Of a DNA stretch of 64,000 nucleotides, positions 1 through 10,192 are shown piece by piece; position 1 is the first letter of the stretch; every line of letters starts with the position of its first letter. A model generated the notes under the pieces. That model was given only the letters and a program-made list of their open reading frames with translations, had not been told where the DNA came from and ran no database searches. Location of the stretch: positions 640,001 through 704,000 of the forward strand of contig OZ241892.1 of the NCBI GenBank assembly GCA_965203485.1, written 5' to 3'. The position numbers were made by a program, and so were the translations under genes. The DNA is from Longimicrobiales bacterium. GTDB lineage: Bacteria; Gemmatimonadota; Gemmatimonadetes; Longimicrobiales; Gaopeijiaceae.

Positions 1-2
1 CG

Positions 3-845
3 GACGGCACAGTCGAGTCCGTAGAGGCGGCGACGCTGGACGACTTGCGGGCGTACCGCGAGCGGGCGCTGGCGCCGGGCGCGGCCGCGTTCCACGTCGC
101 GGGCGCGGTATCGCAGGAGGAGGCGGCCACGGCGCTGGCTGGGCTGGCGGCGCGATGGACCGCTGAAGCCGCGCCGGAGCTTCCCGAGGCGCCCCGGTGG
201 TCGCCGGAGCGGGCCGGACTCTACTTCGTGGACGTGCCGGGCGCCGCCCAGTCCGTTCTGTTCGCCGGCCGTCTCGCGCTGGCCCAGACCGACCCGGAGT
301 ACTATCCGGCCACCGTGATGAACTTTCGGCTGGGCGGCGGCGGCTTCGCCTCGGACTTGACGCAGGTTCTTCGCGAGAGCAAGGGCTACACCTACGGCAT
401 CGGCTCCGCGTTCCGGGGAAGCGACTGGCCGGGGCCGTTCTCGATCTCGTCGTCGGTGCGCTCCAACGTGACGCTGGAGTCGCTGGAGTTGGTCAAGGAC
501 ATCGTGGAGCGCCACGGTCCCGAGTTCGACGAGAGCGACTTGGAGGCGACCCGGGGGTTTCTGCTACGCGCCAACGCCCGCGCCTTCGAGACGTTGGGGG
601 CCAAGCTGGGCGTCGTGCGCGCGGTCAGCCTCTACGGCTTCGAGCCGGACTACGTGCTGGAGCGCGAGAACGTGGTGCGCGGGATGACCGTGGAGCGCGT
701 GCGCGAGCTGGCCGGACGGCACCTGGACACGGAGGGCATGATCTGGCTGGTCGTGGGCGACGCCGCGACGCAGAAGGACCGGTTGCGCGCGCTGGGCCTG
801 GGCGAGCCCGTGATGCTCGACAGGACTGGACGGCCCATCGGCTGA
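3..845 (+). CDS. M16 (pitrilysin/insulinase) family zinc peptidase, C-terminal part; 5' end outside window
   Basis: Frame open from the window start (DGTVESVEAATLDDL). M16 C-domain motifs VDVPGAAQS and NFRLGGGGFASDLTQVLRESKGYTYG. Confidence 0.85.
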   Translation, partial: DGTVESVEAATLDDLRAYRERALAPGAAAFHVAGAVSQEEAATALAGLAARWTAEAAPELPEAPRWSPERAGLYFVDVPGAAQSVLFAGRLALAQTDPEYYPATVMNFRLGGGGFASDLTQVLRESKGYTYGIGSAFRGSDWPGPFSISSSVRSNVTLESLELVKDIVERHGPEFDESDLEATRGFLLRANARAFETLGAKLGVVRAVSLYGFEPDYVLERENVVRGMTVERVRELAGRHLDTEGMIWLVVGDAATQKDRLRALGLGEPVMLDRTGRPIG

Positions 846-886
846 CGCCGTAGTCCTTCGCGGCGAGCCGCCGCCGGGCCGCCGGG

Positions 887-2608
887 TCAACGCTCGCGGG
901 AGAGCGCCCTCCCCGGCAACGCATGGAGGATCGCGCCGTCCTCGATCACGAACTCGCCGCCGACCAGGACGTGATCGATGCCTGCCGCGTGCTGGTGCGG
1001 CTCGAAGACGGTCGCCCGGTCCGCCAGGGTCTCCAAGTCGAAGACGACCAGGTCGGCCCAAGCCCCTTCGCGGACGATGCCGCGGTCCTTCAGGCCCATG
1101 ATCCGGGCGGGAAGCGAGGTCTGCGAGCGGACGGCGGCCTCGAGGGACAGGGCGCCCGCCGTCAGCGCGTACTGGCGGATCTTGCGTGGGAACGTGCCGT
1201 AGAAGCGCGGGTGCACGGGGCCGTCGGGGGGATGGGCGATGCCGCCGTCCGACGCGGTCGCCACCCACGGCTGGGCGGCGTAGTTCTCGACGTCCGCTTC
1301 GGCCATGGAGAAGCCCCGCAGACGGCCGCCGCCCCGCTGTTCCTGATCGCCCTCTAGCTGGAGGTCGATGGCCGTCTGCACCGGGCTTGCGCCTCGCTCG
1401 CGGGCCACTTCGGCGAGCGACTTGCCGACGAGGCTCCGATCCGGATAGTCCATCACCATGATGCGGTCCGCGCCACCGCGGCGGCTGATCTCGTGCGCGG
1501 CGTCCTGGCGAATCCTCTCTTCGGCTCCTTCGCGAGCCAGCGCCAGCCGGAACACTTCGCCCGGAGGACGGGCGTCGCCGGGATTGCTGGCGTCGGGGTC
1601 GCGGAGGGCCCAGCGGGGCAACAGCACCGTCCGTCCGTCCGTGCCGCTGGTCGCGTAGGGGTATTGATCCGCCCAGACCCGGACGCCCTCGTCGCGGGCC
1701 CGCTGGATGAGCTGGATGGCGGACCCGCTCGACCCCCAGTAGTGCGAGCCCTTGGCCTTGATGTGCGTGGCCACTACCCGAATGCCCGTGCGTCGGCCGA
1801 TTTCGATCGTCTCCAGCACGGCGTCCTGCAACGTGGGCGGGCCCGGCGGGTCGCGGCTGGGCCAGAACCACATCGGATCGGAGCCCTCCGCGCGCTGGTG
1901 CGAGATGTAGACGCCGTCCCATGGGGCCAGCTCGGCGGCGAGCGCGGCCACCTCGTCCGTGTCGCTCCACCGTCCGGGCGTGTACTCGAGCCCCGCCGAC
2001 ATCCCGACCGCGCCCTCTTCCATGGCCTGGCGGACCAGGGCGCGCATCCGCTCGACTTCCGCATCGGTCGCGGTCCGTCGGAAGTCGTCCTCCATGACCA
2101 AGCCCCGCACCGTGCCGTGGCCGACCAGCAGCATCACGTTCGGCCCCACCCCCTGCGCCTCCAGCAGCGCGCGTTGCTCGGCGATGGGCCACGGCGAGCG
2201 ACCGTCTTGGTTGACCACGATCGTCGTCACGCCCTGCGACACCACGTTCGGCGCGGCCTTGCGGTGCAGCGAGTCGGTTCGGATCGTGGCGCCGCCGATT
2301 TCGCGGTTGCCGTCGTCGGCATGCGAGTGGATGTCGATGAAGCCGGGCGACACGTAGCGGTCCCGGGCGTTGACGACGCGGCGGGCCGGGGTGTCGCCCA
2401 GCAAGCCGACGGCCACGATGCGCCCGTCGCGGACGCCTATGTCCGCGCGGAACCAGGGGTTGCCCGTCCCGTCGAGGACGCGCCCGCCCACGATGAGCAG
2501 GTCGTACGGTGCCCGGGACTGGGCGGCGAGCGACGGGAGCGTTGCCGAACCGGGCGTGGGCAGGGCAAGGGCCAGGGTCGCGACGACGGCGAGCCGGGAG
2601 CGGTGCAT
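887..2608 (-). CDS. N-acyl-D-amino-acid deacylase family amidohydrolase with signal peptide
   Basis: GGRVLDGTG..ADIGVRDGRI, PGFIDIHSH metal motif, ADQYPY, HPRFYGTFPR, GAWADLVVFD. Confidence 0.9.
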   Translation of the reverse strand: MHRSRLAVVATLALALPTPGSATLPSLAAQSRAPYDLLIVGGRVLDGTGNPWFRADIGVRDGRIVAVGLLGDTPARRVVNARDRYVSPGFIDIHSHADDGNREIGGATIRTDSLHRKAAPNVVSQGVTTIVVNQDGRSPWPIAEQRALLEAQGVGPNVMLLVGHGTVRGLVMEDDFRRTATDAEVERMRALVRQAMEEGAVGMSAGLEYTPGRWSDTDEVAALAAELAPWDGVYISHQRAEGSDPMWFWPSRDPPGPPTLQDAVLETIEIGRRTGIRVVATHIKAKGSHYWGSSGSAIQLIQRARDEGVRVWADQYPYATSGTDGRTVLLPRWALRDPDASNPGDARPPGEVFRLALAREGAEERIRQDAAHEISRRGGADRIMVMDYPDRSLVGKSLAEVARERGASPVQTAIDLQLEGDQEQRGGGRLRGFSMAEADVENYAAQPWVATASDGGIAHPPDGPVHPRFYGTFPRKIRQYALTAGALSLEAAVRSQTSLPARIMGLKDRGIVREGAWADLVVFDLETLADRATVFEPHQHAAGIDHVLVGGEFVIEDGAILHALPGRALSRER

Positions 2609-2615
2609 GGTGCGT

Positions 2616-3503
2616 CTACCAGACGATGGGCGACAGGCCGATTCCGGTCTCGTCGAGGCGCTGGATGAACCATGTGGTGTACACGCGCAGCTCGCCGGAC
2701 TTGGGTCGCAGGATGAAGTCCATGGAGTGTATGTCTTCGTGGTGCATTGCGCTCAGTGCCTCCGTGCCGCCGTGCAGAGGGGTCTCGTCGAGGAACACGG
2801 CGATGCCGCCCCTCCGTCCGCGCCTGAGTACGCACAGGTCGTACAAGAGCGCTCCGCCGGCTGCGTCGTAGGCGCACTCCACAATGGGTGCCCGGGCCTT
2901 GCGCTTGAGCACCGCCGCGGGGTTCGGATCCACCGCTTCGGCGAAGTCGGCAGCGGCAATCGTCACGAACCTGTAGGGCGTGCGCCGCCGACGGCTCGCG
3001 AGCAGGCGTTGCGACCGGGAACGCACCGTGAGTCCCTCGAGGGCGATCGGATCGGGCCGCAGGCGGATGTACAAGCCGTTGCCGTCGCTCACGTGCACCG
3101 TGTCGGCGGACGTGTGATAGCCGAGCTGTTCGACGACGATCTCCCAGGCCCCCCCGGGAAAGCGGGAGAAGGTGAAGCGCCCGTCCACGCCGACGAACGC
3201 GTAGCGCGAGAGCTCGGGGAACTTGACGACGGCGGCGACCAGGGGCCGTCCGTTCTCCGCATCCACGACTTCGCCGACGAGCGTAAACTGCGCTTGCGCG
3301 ACGGATGTGTCTGCGTGCTCCTGCGCGTGGGCCCCGGCGACGATGCAGCAAGCGGGCACGGCGGCCGCAACGGCAACCCGTGCGCGCGTCCGTGCCGCTC
3401 TCGTGTTCGTTTCCGCGCGTTGCGGCCGGCGCCGGACCCGCGGACGCGCCCCGCGTTGGATCGTCGCCGCCCGCGGATGCCGTCGCCGGACCCTTGTACG
3501 CAC
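2616..3503 (-). CDS. Exported protein with carboxypeptidase-regulatory-like domain (start uncertain)
   Basis: Signal-like VAVAAAVPACCIVAGAHAQ followed by GEVVDAENGRPL...DGRFTF...LGY. C-terminal part resembles a TonB plug-like region. GTG at 3503 chosen. Confidence 0.7.
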   Translation of the reverse strand: MRTRVRRRHPRAATIQRGARPRVRRRPQRAETNTRAARTRARVAVAAAVPACCIVAGAHAQEHADTSVAQAQFTLVGEVVDAENGRPLVAAVVKFPELSRYAFVGVDGRFTFSRFPGGAWEIVVEQLGYHTSADTVHVSDGNGLYIRLRPDPIALEGLTVRSRSQRLLASRRRRTPYRFVTIAAADFAEAVDPNPAAVLKRKARAPIVECAYDAAGGALLYDLCVLRRGRRGGIAVFLDETPLHGGTEALSAMHHEDIHSMDFILRPKSGELRVYTTWFIQRLDETGIGLSPIVW

Positions 3504-3511
3504 CGGCCTCG

Positions 3512-4486
3512 CTATTGCGATTCGCCCGCGCCCGCCGCGTTCGTGGCGGCCCTGATCTGGCGCACGGCCGCCTGCACGCGCAACTCCATGCCCCGGCGCC
3601 CGTACGCCGCCCTCGCTCGCGTGGGATCGCCGGAGACGCCGCTGTCCTCGAAGCCGCCGCCGGGGGCCAGCTGGTCCCGCCGCACATGTTCCGGCGCGAC
3701 GTAGAGCAGGAGCGACGTGTCGGTGATCCCCGCGTGGCGGCCGATCGCTTCCTCGCTCTCGCCCTGCTCGGCCAACCACTCGCGGTATCCGTTGGCGGCG
3801 TAGTAGTCGCCGACGAAGTGGGCGCGCGCGCCCACGCCGCCCCACTCCTCGTTGAGCATGGCCGCCACGGCCTCCATGCCGCGCTGGTTGCCGCCGCTGT
3901 CGCCGATGAAGGCGATGTCGGCGAATCCGTGCGCCCGGAGGCTCCTGGCCGCGTACTCCAGCAACTTCATGAAGTGCTCGTTGGGCAGGGTGATCGTGCC
4001 CGGATAGCGCATGTGGCCGGTCGGCGGATCGACGTCGCCTTCGGGCACGTACGTAACCACCGGCGCCACGAGGGCGTTGCCCAGCTCCTCGGCGATCCTC
4101 CGGGACGCCTCTTTCACGATGTACTTGTGCTTTCCCGTCACCATGTGCGGCCCGTTCTGCTCGGTGCCCGCCGTGGCGACGATCGCCGTGGTGGCGCCGC
4201 CCGCCACCGCGTCGCGCACCTCGGTCCACGTCATCTCCTCGATGAAGACGGTGGTTGGCCGTCCGCCTGGCTGAACGGCGTCCTGGGGTTGCGGTGCCTC
4301 TCCAGGAACGCATGCGGCCGCCGCCAGAGGCGCGAGCGCCGCGAGACGCGCCCGCGACGACGCCGAGGCCCTGCTTCGCGCGCACCGACGCCGGCCCCCA
4401 CGCGGTCCTCCCAAGCCCTTGGCCTTGCCCCGTGGCGGCGTTCGTCGTCCGCCGTCGGCGGGCGCCTTCGCGGGTCGGTGCGCCAC
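3512..4486 (-). CDS. Creatininase family protein, probable lipoprotein (start uncertain, 4414-4486)
   Basis: IEEMTWTEV, GTEQNGPHM, GDSGGN, HAGITDTS, GVSGDP motifs; lipobox-like LAAAAC. Confidence 0.85.
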   Translation of the reverse strand: MAHRPAKAPADGGRRTPPRGKAKGLGGPRGGRRRCARSRASASSRARLAALAPLAAAACVPGEAPQPQDAVQPGGRPTTVFIEEMTWTEVRDAVAGGATTAIVATAGTEQNGPHMVTGKHKYIVKEASRRIAEELGNALVAPVVTYVPEGDVDPPTGHMRYPGTITLPNEHFMKLLEYAARSLRAHGFADIAFIGDSGGNQRGMEAVAAMLNEEWGGVGARAHFVGDYYAANGYREWLAEQGESEEAIGRHAGITDTSLLLYVAPEHVRRDQLAPGGGFEDSGVSGDPTRARAAYGRRGMELRVQAAVRQIRAATNAAGAGESQ

Positions 4487-4490
4487 CGTG

Positions 4491-5312
4491 CTAGCGGGCG
4501 GCCGCCGCGAAGCAGTAGAAGAGCCCGGCGCCGCCCGTCCCCTCCAGGTTCTCCTGGCTGCATCCCCGCGACGAATGGGCCGAGTTCCACGACGTGGGGT
4601 TCTGGCCGCCGCCGGTGCGGTCGTGGTGGCCGACTCGCGCACTGCCTTCGCCGTTGCTGGTCCAGTTGGCGCAGTTGTCGTAGTCCTCGGCCACGAACGC
4701 GGTTCCGTCCATGTTGGAGCCGGTCAGGATGTCGTGCATGTTGGGCGTGTCGCCGCGCCCGTTCACCGGTTGGCCCGTCTCGGTGAGGATCGACGCTTTG
4801 GTCAGGTTCGCCGCGTCGGAATGCAACTCCTCCACCGAGTTCGCGATCAGGGTCCCGGCGGAGTTGTGCCACGGTCCTTCGCCGATGCGGTCGCGTGCGT
4901 GCACGCCGCCGCCCTCGTCGATCGTGCTCAGGTAGGACCGCCAGCCGAGCCCGCCGGCTCCTTGGGCGTCGGCCAGCGACTCGCAGTGTGCGTCCGCGCC
5001 TTCCAGCCCGCCCAAGTTCGCTCCGTCGCCGGGGCCCTCGCTGGTGATGAAGAAGGTCATCTGAATGCTCTGGGCGCGGACCGGCTCCGAGAACGCAAGC
5101 AACACGGCGCATGCGGTCGCGGCGGCCAAGACGGCCGGCGTCCGGCGCGTTCGTCCCGAGTGGGGGGCCGACGTCCAACCGAGGGCCCGCGCGAAGCCCG
5201 CGGCCGCCGCATTCTGGATGCCTCTCCTGCGATCAGCGGTTGCTCTGCGCGTCTCGCGACCGCCGTCTTCGCACGGGCGGCTGCTGTCGCAACGGCGCCT
5301 GTTCGTTCTCAT
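4491..5312 (-). CDS. Secreted lectin-like / endostatin (collagenase NC10)-like domain protein
   Basis: FFITSEG..GANLGGLEGADAHCESLA, HDILTGS, C-terminal GLFYCFA; strong GGAGG RBS before ATG 5312. Confidence 0.75.
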   Translation of the reverse strand: MRTNRRRCDSSRPCEDGGRETRRATADRRRGIQNAAAAGFARALGWTSAPHSGRTRRTPAVLAAATACAVLLAFSEPVRAQSIQMTFFITSEGPGDGANLGGLEGADAHCESLADAQGAGGLGWRSYLSTIDEGGGVHARDRIGEGPWHNSAGTLIANSVEELHSDAANLTKASILTETGQPVNGRGDTPNMHDILTGSNMDGTAFVAEDYDNCANWTSNGEGSARVGHHDRTGGGQNPTSWNSAHSSRGCSQENLEGTGGAGLFYCFAAAAR

Positions 5313-5338
5313 GCTCTCTCCTCCCGATCTGGCTTGTT

Positions 5339-6508
5339 CTAGTCTCGCCGGGGCCACGGGGCGCCTTGGTCCATCGCGGTCACGGGCGCGATGCCCATGT
5401 GGACGAACTTCTGAACCCGCTTGCCTTCGTAGGTCTCGGTCGTGTAGATGTTGCCCTGCGAGTCCGTGGCGATGCTGTGCACTGCGAAGAAGAGCCCCGG
5501 TTGGCGCCCGCCGTCCCCGAACGTCGTCAGGACTTCCATGGACTCGCGGTCCATCACGTACACCTTCATGTTCTTTCCGTCCGCCACGTACATGTACGTC
5601 TGCTCGGGGTCGCGTGAGAACGCGATGTCCCAAGTGGAGCCGTCGCCCAGGGTCAGCGGCGCGATGATCTTCTCCCTCACGAAGCTGCCGTCGGACCGGA
5701 ACACCTGGATGCGGTCGTTCGCCCGGTCGCAGACGTACACCAACCCGTCGTTGGACGGCTCCGCGCAGTGGACGGGGTTGCGGAACTGCTGGGCGGGGGG
5801 TTCGTTCGGATCGTAGCGCCCGAGGTCCTCGTCGCTGGGGGGGTTGCCGTAGGCGCCCCAGTAGCGCTTGAACTCGCCCGTCGCGATGTCCAAGACGGCC
5901 ACGCGCTTGTTGGCGTAGCCGTCCGCCAAGTACGCCTCGTTTGCCCGCGCGTCGAAGGAGATCTTCGCGACCCGGCCGAAGTGCTCCCGGCTGGCGCTGT
6001 TCACGGGCAGGCCGGGTTCTCCGATCTGCATGAGGAAGTCGCCGGCGCGGCTGAACTTGAGGATGTGCGAATCGGTCGGGCCGTTTCCGCCGATCCACAC
6101 GTTGTCCATGGGGTCGATCGCGATGCCGTGGTTGGACGCGGGCCAGTCGTAGCCTTCGCCCGGGCCGCCCCAGCTGTTGGCCAGGTTCCCGTCGGGGTCG
6201 AATTCGAGCACGAACGGGGCGGGCAGGCAGCATTCCCCGGTCGGCGGGTCCGTGGCGGCGCCGATCTCCGTGCGCTCGTTGAGGGGCGCTTGCCGGTGAA
6301 TGACGAAGACGTGGTCGCGCGAGTCCACGCCGACGCCGACGACGGCGCCCAGCACCCAATGATTCGGCAACGGCTGGGGCCAGAAGGGATCGACCTCGAA
6401 GACCGGCGCTTCAACCGCGCCGGATGCCGCCGCGATGCGGTCCTGCGCTACGTAGATCCCGACTGCGGCCAACGCCAGCAGGACGCCGGCGAGAACGGTG
6501 CGCCTCAT
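5339..6508 (-). CDS. NHL-repeat beta-propeller, peptidyl-alpha-hydroxyglycine alpha-amidating lyase-like, secreted
   Basis: FEVDPFWPQPLP, ADGYANKRV, YVCDRANDRIQVF, HSIATDSQGNIY; N-terminal signal peptide. Confidence 0.8.
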   Translation of the reverse strand: MRRTVLAGVLLALAAVGIYVAQDRIAAASGAVEAPVFEVDPFWPQPLPNHWVLGAVVGVGVDSRDHVFVIHRQAPLNERTEIGAATDPPTGECCLPAPFVLEFDPDGNLANSWGGPGEGYDWPASNHGIAIDPMDNVWIGGNGPTDSHILKFSRAGDFLMQIGEPGLPVNSASREHFGRVAKISFDARANEAYLADGYANKRVAVLDIATGEFKRYWGAYGNPPSDEDLGRYDPNEPPAQQFRNPVHCAEPSNDGLVYVCDRANDRIQVFRSDGSFVREKIIAPLTLGDGSTWDIAFSRDPEQTYMYVADGKNMKVYVMDRESMEVLTTFGDGGRQPGLFFAVHSIATDSQGNIYTTETYEGKRVQKFVHMGIAPVTAMDQGAPWPRRD

Positions 6509-6552
6509 GGGGCGTACTCCCGTGCGTGGGAAGACTTTGACGACCGAACAGT

Positions 6553-6582
6553 AGGTTAAGGTTCGGGTCCCCCCGCCTGCAA
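6553..6582 (-). promoter_or_regulatory. Putative sigma70 promoter for the 6508-887 minus-strand gene run
   Basis: Minus strand TTGCAG-N18-TAACCT upstream of ATG 6508. Confidence 0.35.
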
Positions 6583-6631
6583 GTCGGCGGGGAGGACGCT
6601 CGGGGCCGGCCAGAACGACTGCGGGAGATGA

Positions 6632-8029
6632 ATGTCCCTTCCAGCCAAACACCTGCCGCTCGCGGCTGCGGCGGGGCTGTGGGCGGCCGTCGTGCTTCTT
6701 CCGGCGCCGTCCGCCGCGGCCGTCCGCTCCTCGGCGCCGGGCGTCCCGGCGGAGGCAGGCAGGCCCCTCGCGCACGAAGTTCCCGCCAGCGTCGTCGTTC
6801 GCGCGTTCGTCAAGGCGGAGGACGGGGCTCTTTGGATCGCCGCGAGGGTGCCGCTCGCGTCGATGCGCGACGCGTCGTTTCCGTTGCGCGGCCGCGGCTA
6901 CCTGGACCTGGAGGGCGCCGCCCCGATGGTCGCGGAACAAGCCCGCCTCTGGATCGCCGACTACGTGCGGCTCTACGAGGGCGACCGTTTGCTGCCGTCG
7001 CCCGAGGTCGTGGCCGCGCGCATCTCGCTACCGTCCGATCCTTCGTTCCGGGACTTCCGGAGCGCCCGCGCCCGAGCCGCCGGACCGGCGCTCCCGTTCG
7101 GCGCCGACCTAGTGCTCGAACAAGCCGTTCTCGACGTGTTGCTGCGGACGCCGGTGGCGTCGGAGGAGTCGCGGTTCTCGGTCGAGACCGCATGGGCCCA
7201 CCTCGGCGTCCGCACGACGACCGTCCTCGGCTTCACCACCGCGTCCGGCGCCGAGAGAATCTTCCAGTACCTGGGCGATCCCGGCCGCATCCGCCTCGAC
7301 CCGCGCTGGCACCAGGCGTTCCTTCGTTTCGTTCGGTTCGGCTTTCTGCACATCCTGGACGGCATCGACCACCTGCTGTTCCTGCTCTGCCTGGTGATCC
7401 CGATCCGGCGCTTCTGGCGGCTCGTTCCCGTGGCGACGGCGTTCACTGCGGCCCATTCGATCACCTTGGCGGCCTCCGCGACCGGGCTCGCGCCCAACGC
7501 GCTGTGGTTTCCGCCGTTCATCGAGACGCTGATCGCCGCGTCGGTCCTCTACATGGCCTTGGAGAACGTGCTGGGCCGCTGCGGGTCGCGCCGTTGGGCG
7601 TGGGCGTTCGGCTTCGGCCTGGTGCACGGATTCGGGTTCGCGTTCGTGTTGCGGGACACGCTTCAATTCGCGGGCTCGCACGTCGTCGCGTCGCTCCTGG
7701 CCTTCAACGTCGGCGTCGAGCTGGGCCAAGTTGCCGCGTTGCTCGTGATGGTTCCGTGCCTGCGGTGGGCGCTGGCCAAGGCGCAGTCGAGGCGCGTGGC
7801 CGCGATCGTCGTCTCGGCGCTGGCCGCGCACGTGAGCTGGCACTGGACGGCGGACGCCTGGACTCGCCTGCGGGCCCACGAGTTCCGGCGCCCGGCAATG
7901 GATGCGGCGTTCGCGGCGGCCACGCTCAGGTGGACGCTGCTGCTTCTCGCGGTGGGAGCGGCGGCGTGGGCGTTGGCGGGATGCTACCGGCGCTTGGCCG
8001 CTTGGCGAACGGGCGGCGAGGCGGGGTAG
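6632..8029 (+). CDS. HupE/UreJ family membrane protein with N-terminal exported domain
   Basis: HILDGIDHLLFL, TAFTAAHSITL, FGFGLVHGFGFA, FNVGVELGQ. Confidence 0.85.
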   Translation: MSLPAKHLPLAAAAGLWAAVVLLPAPSAAAVRSSAPGVPAEAGRPLAHEVPASVVVRAFVKAEDGALWIAARVPLASMRDASFPLRGRGYLDLEGAAPMVAEQARLWIADYVRLYEGDRLLPSPEVVAARISLPSDPSFRDFRSARARAAGPALPFGADLVLEQAVLDVLLRTPVASEESRFSVETAWAHLGVRTTTVLGFTTASGAERIFQYLGDPGRIRLDPRWHQAFLRFVRFGFLHILDGIDHLLFLLCLVIPIRRFWRLVPVATAFTAAHSITLAASATGLAPNALWFPPFIETLIAASVLYMALENVLGRCGSRRWAWAFGFGLVHGFGFAFVLRDTLQFAGSHVVASLLAFNVGVELGQVAALLVMVPCLRWALAKAQSRRVAAIVVSALAAHVSWHWTADAWTRLRAHEFRRPAMDAAFAAATLRWTLLLLAVGAAAWALAGCYRRLAAWRTGGEAG

Positions 8030-8105
8030 CGCCCGCTTGCTCAGCTGCCACGCGCCGCCGGGTCAAGACCGGCGGACGCGGAGCCGCGCCCGGCCGCATG
8101 GCGCT

Positions 8106-8945
8106 TCAGGTCGTCGCGCGCGCGGCGCCTCGCCGGCGGAGCCATTCCACCGTCAGCAGCAACAAGACCGCGAACGTGATGAGGAACGTGGCCACGGCCA
8201 GAATCGCGGGGCTGATCTGCTCGCGGATGCCCGACCACATCTGGCGCGGGATCGTCAGCTGGTCGGGGCCTCCCATGAACAGGACCACCACGACCTCCTC
8301 GAAGGACGTCGCGAACGCGAACAGCGCGCCCGAAATTACCCCCGGCGCGATCAGCGGCAACTGCACTTGGCGGAACACTCGCCACGGGTCCGCTCCCAGG
8401 CTGGCCGCGGCCCTGGTCAGATTGGCGTCGAAGCCGGACAGCGTGGCCGCTACGGTCACGACGACGAAGGGCGTGCCCATGGCCGTGTGAGCCAGGATCA
8501 AGCCCAGGTGGGTCTGCGTGAGGCCCAGCTCGGAGTAAAAGAAGAACATCCCCGTCGCCGAGATGATCACGGGGGTCACGAGCGGCGAGATGAGCACGCC
8601 CATCACCAAGCGCCGGGCGGGCATGGCAGGGCTGGCGAGCCCGAGCGCCGCCATCGTGCCCAACGCGGTCGCCAGCGCGGTGGCGGCGATCCCGATCGTC
8701 ATGCTGTTCACGAATCCCCGCCGCCATCCCTCGTGGCCGAAGACTTCGCGGTACCAGCGCAGCGAGTACGCCTCTGCGTCCAGGCGCAGCATGCCTTCGG
8801 TGAACGTGAAGTAGGGCTCCGCGTTGAAGCTGAGCGGCACCATCACCAGAATCGGCGCGACGAGGAAGACGAAGACCCCGGTGCAGAACGCCACGTGGAG
8901 GAGCCTGCCCACGCGGGGTCCGCCGCCCGAACGAGAAGATGCCAC
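8106..8945 (-). CDS. potC: Polyamine/opine-type ABC transporter permease (PotC-like)
   Basis: YSLRWY, EAA-type loop AAASLGADPWRVFRQVQLP, FATSFEEVVV; operon context. Confidence 0.85.
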   Translation of the reverse strand: MASSRSGGGPRVGRLLHVAFCTGVFVFLVAPILVMVPLSFNAEPYFTFTEGMLRLDAEAYSLRWYREVFGHEGWRRGFVNSMTIGIAATALATALGTMAALGLASPAMPARRLVMGVLISPLVTPVIISATGMFFFYSELGLTQTHLGLILAHTAMGTPFVVVTVAATLSGFDANLTRAAASLGADPWRVFRQVQLPLIAPGVISGALFAFATSFEEVVVVLFMGGPDQLTIPRQMWSGIREQISPAILAVATFLITFAVLLLLTVEWLRRRGAARATT

Positions 8946-8950
8946 CGGCG

Positions 8951-10132
8951 TCAGCCCAACTTCATTTGGTCGACGCCCACCAGACGGTCGTAGACCAAGT
9001 AGAGGACGCCCACGCCTGCGAGCAGCAGTCCGCCCAGCGCCGCTGCGAGGCCCTGGTTGAGCGAAGACTGCATGTGGTAGGCGATCTGGTTGGAGATGAG
9101 CTGTCCGCTGCTGCCGCCAACGATCGCGGGCGTGATGTAGAAGCCGATCGCGAGGATGAAGACGAGCAGCGAACCCGCGCCGACTCCGGGCAGGGTCTGG
9201 GGCCAGTACACGCGCCAGAAGGCCCGGAAGGGACCCGAGCCGAGGCTGGCGGCCGCCTTCATGTGGAGCGCGGGCACGGAGCGCATGACCGAATAGAGGG
9301 GCAGGACCATGAACGGTAGCAAGACGTGCGTCATGGCGACGAACGTGCCGATCATGTTGTAGACGAGTTCGGGCCGCGCGTCGCCCGCCACCAAGCCGAG
9401 GGCGACCAGAAGGCTGTTGATCACGCCCTCGTTGCCCAGCACGACGATCCACGACGTGGTGCGGACCAGCAACGACGTCCAGAACGGCACGAGCACGAGC
9501 ACCAGGAGCAGATTCTGCCTCTCCGGCCGCGCGTGCGAGATCAGGTGGGCCACGGGATAGCCCAGCGCCAGGCAGAGGAGCGTGATGCTCAGGCTCACCC
9601 ACAGCGTTCGCCAGAACAGGGCCACGTAGATGCGGCGCTCCTCGTCCTGCCGCACGACGCCGGCGCCCGGCGACCGGTCCAAGTCCACCGCGTTCAGGTA
9701 GTGGCGCGCAGTGTAGCGCTGGCCGGCCCTCTGGATCGCGAACCAAGTCGCCACCGAGCCCCATTGCGGATCGATGCCCACCAGCCTCTCCCGCGCCGAA
9801 GTCCCCGTCGCGTCGCCCAGCGTTCGGGCCGCGGTCTGCACGAGCGTGCGCATCCCGCCCTCCACCCGGTTCAGGCGCACGGCGATCTGTCCGACCGTGC
9901 GGTCGCGGCCCGCCCTCTCCAGCTCGCGCGCCAGGGCGGCGTAGGCCGCATCGGACGGGGGAGCGCGCTGGTCCCAGTCCCGCAACGCCGCGAGCGTTTC
10001 CGGCAGGGCGTCCGCCACGACCGGATCGTGGACGCTCTTGACGAACATCGTCGTCAGCGGCGCCACGAACGTCACGAGGACGAATGCCAGAAGCGGCGCC
10101 ACCAGCGCCAGAGCGCGCGTCCTCGTCCTCAT
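8951..10132 (-). CDS. potB: Polyamine-type ABC transporter permease (PotB-like) with large periplasmic insert
   Basis: LGYPVA, VLVPFWTSLLVRT, LPFMVLPLYS, AAASLGS, GFYITPAIVGG. Confidence 0.85.
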   Translation of the reverse strand: MRTRTRALALVAPLLAFVLVTFVAPLTTMFVKSVHDPVVADALPETLAALRDWDQRAPPSDAAYAALARELERAGRDRTVGQIAVRLNRVEGGMRTLVQTAARTLGDATGTSARERLVGIDPQWGSVATWFAIQRAGQRYTARHYLNAVDLDRSPGAGVVRQDEERRIYVALFWRTLWVSLSITLLCLALGYPVAHLISHARPERQNLLLVLVLVPFWTSLLVRTTSWIVVLGNEGVINSLLVALGLVAGDARPELVYNMIGTFVAMTHVLLPFMVLPLYSVMRSVPALHMKAAASLGSGPFRAFWRVYWPQTLPGVGAGSLLVFILAIGFYITPAIVGGSSGQLISNQIAYHMQSSLNQGLAAALGGLLLAGVGVLYLVYDRLVGVDQMKLG

Positions 10133-10192
10133 GGACCCGGCCGCGGCGCGACGTTCGGCGCGCCGCTCATGCACCCGCCCGCCACGCGAGGC

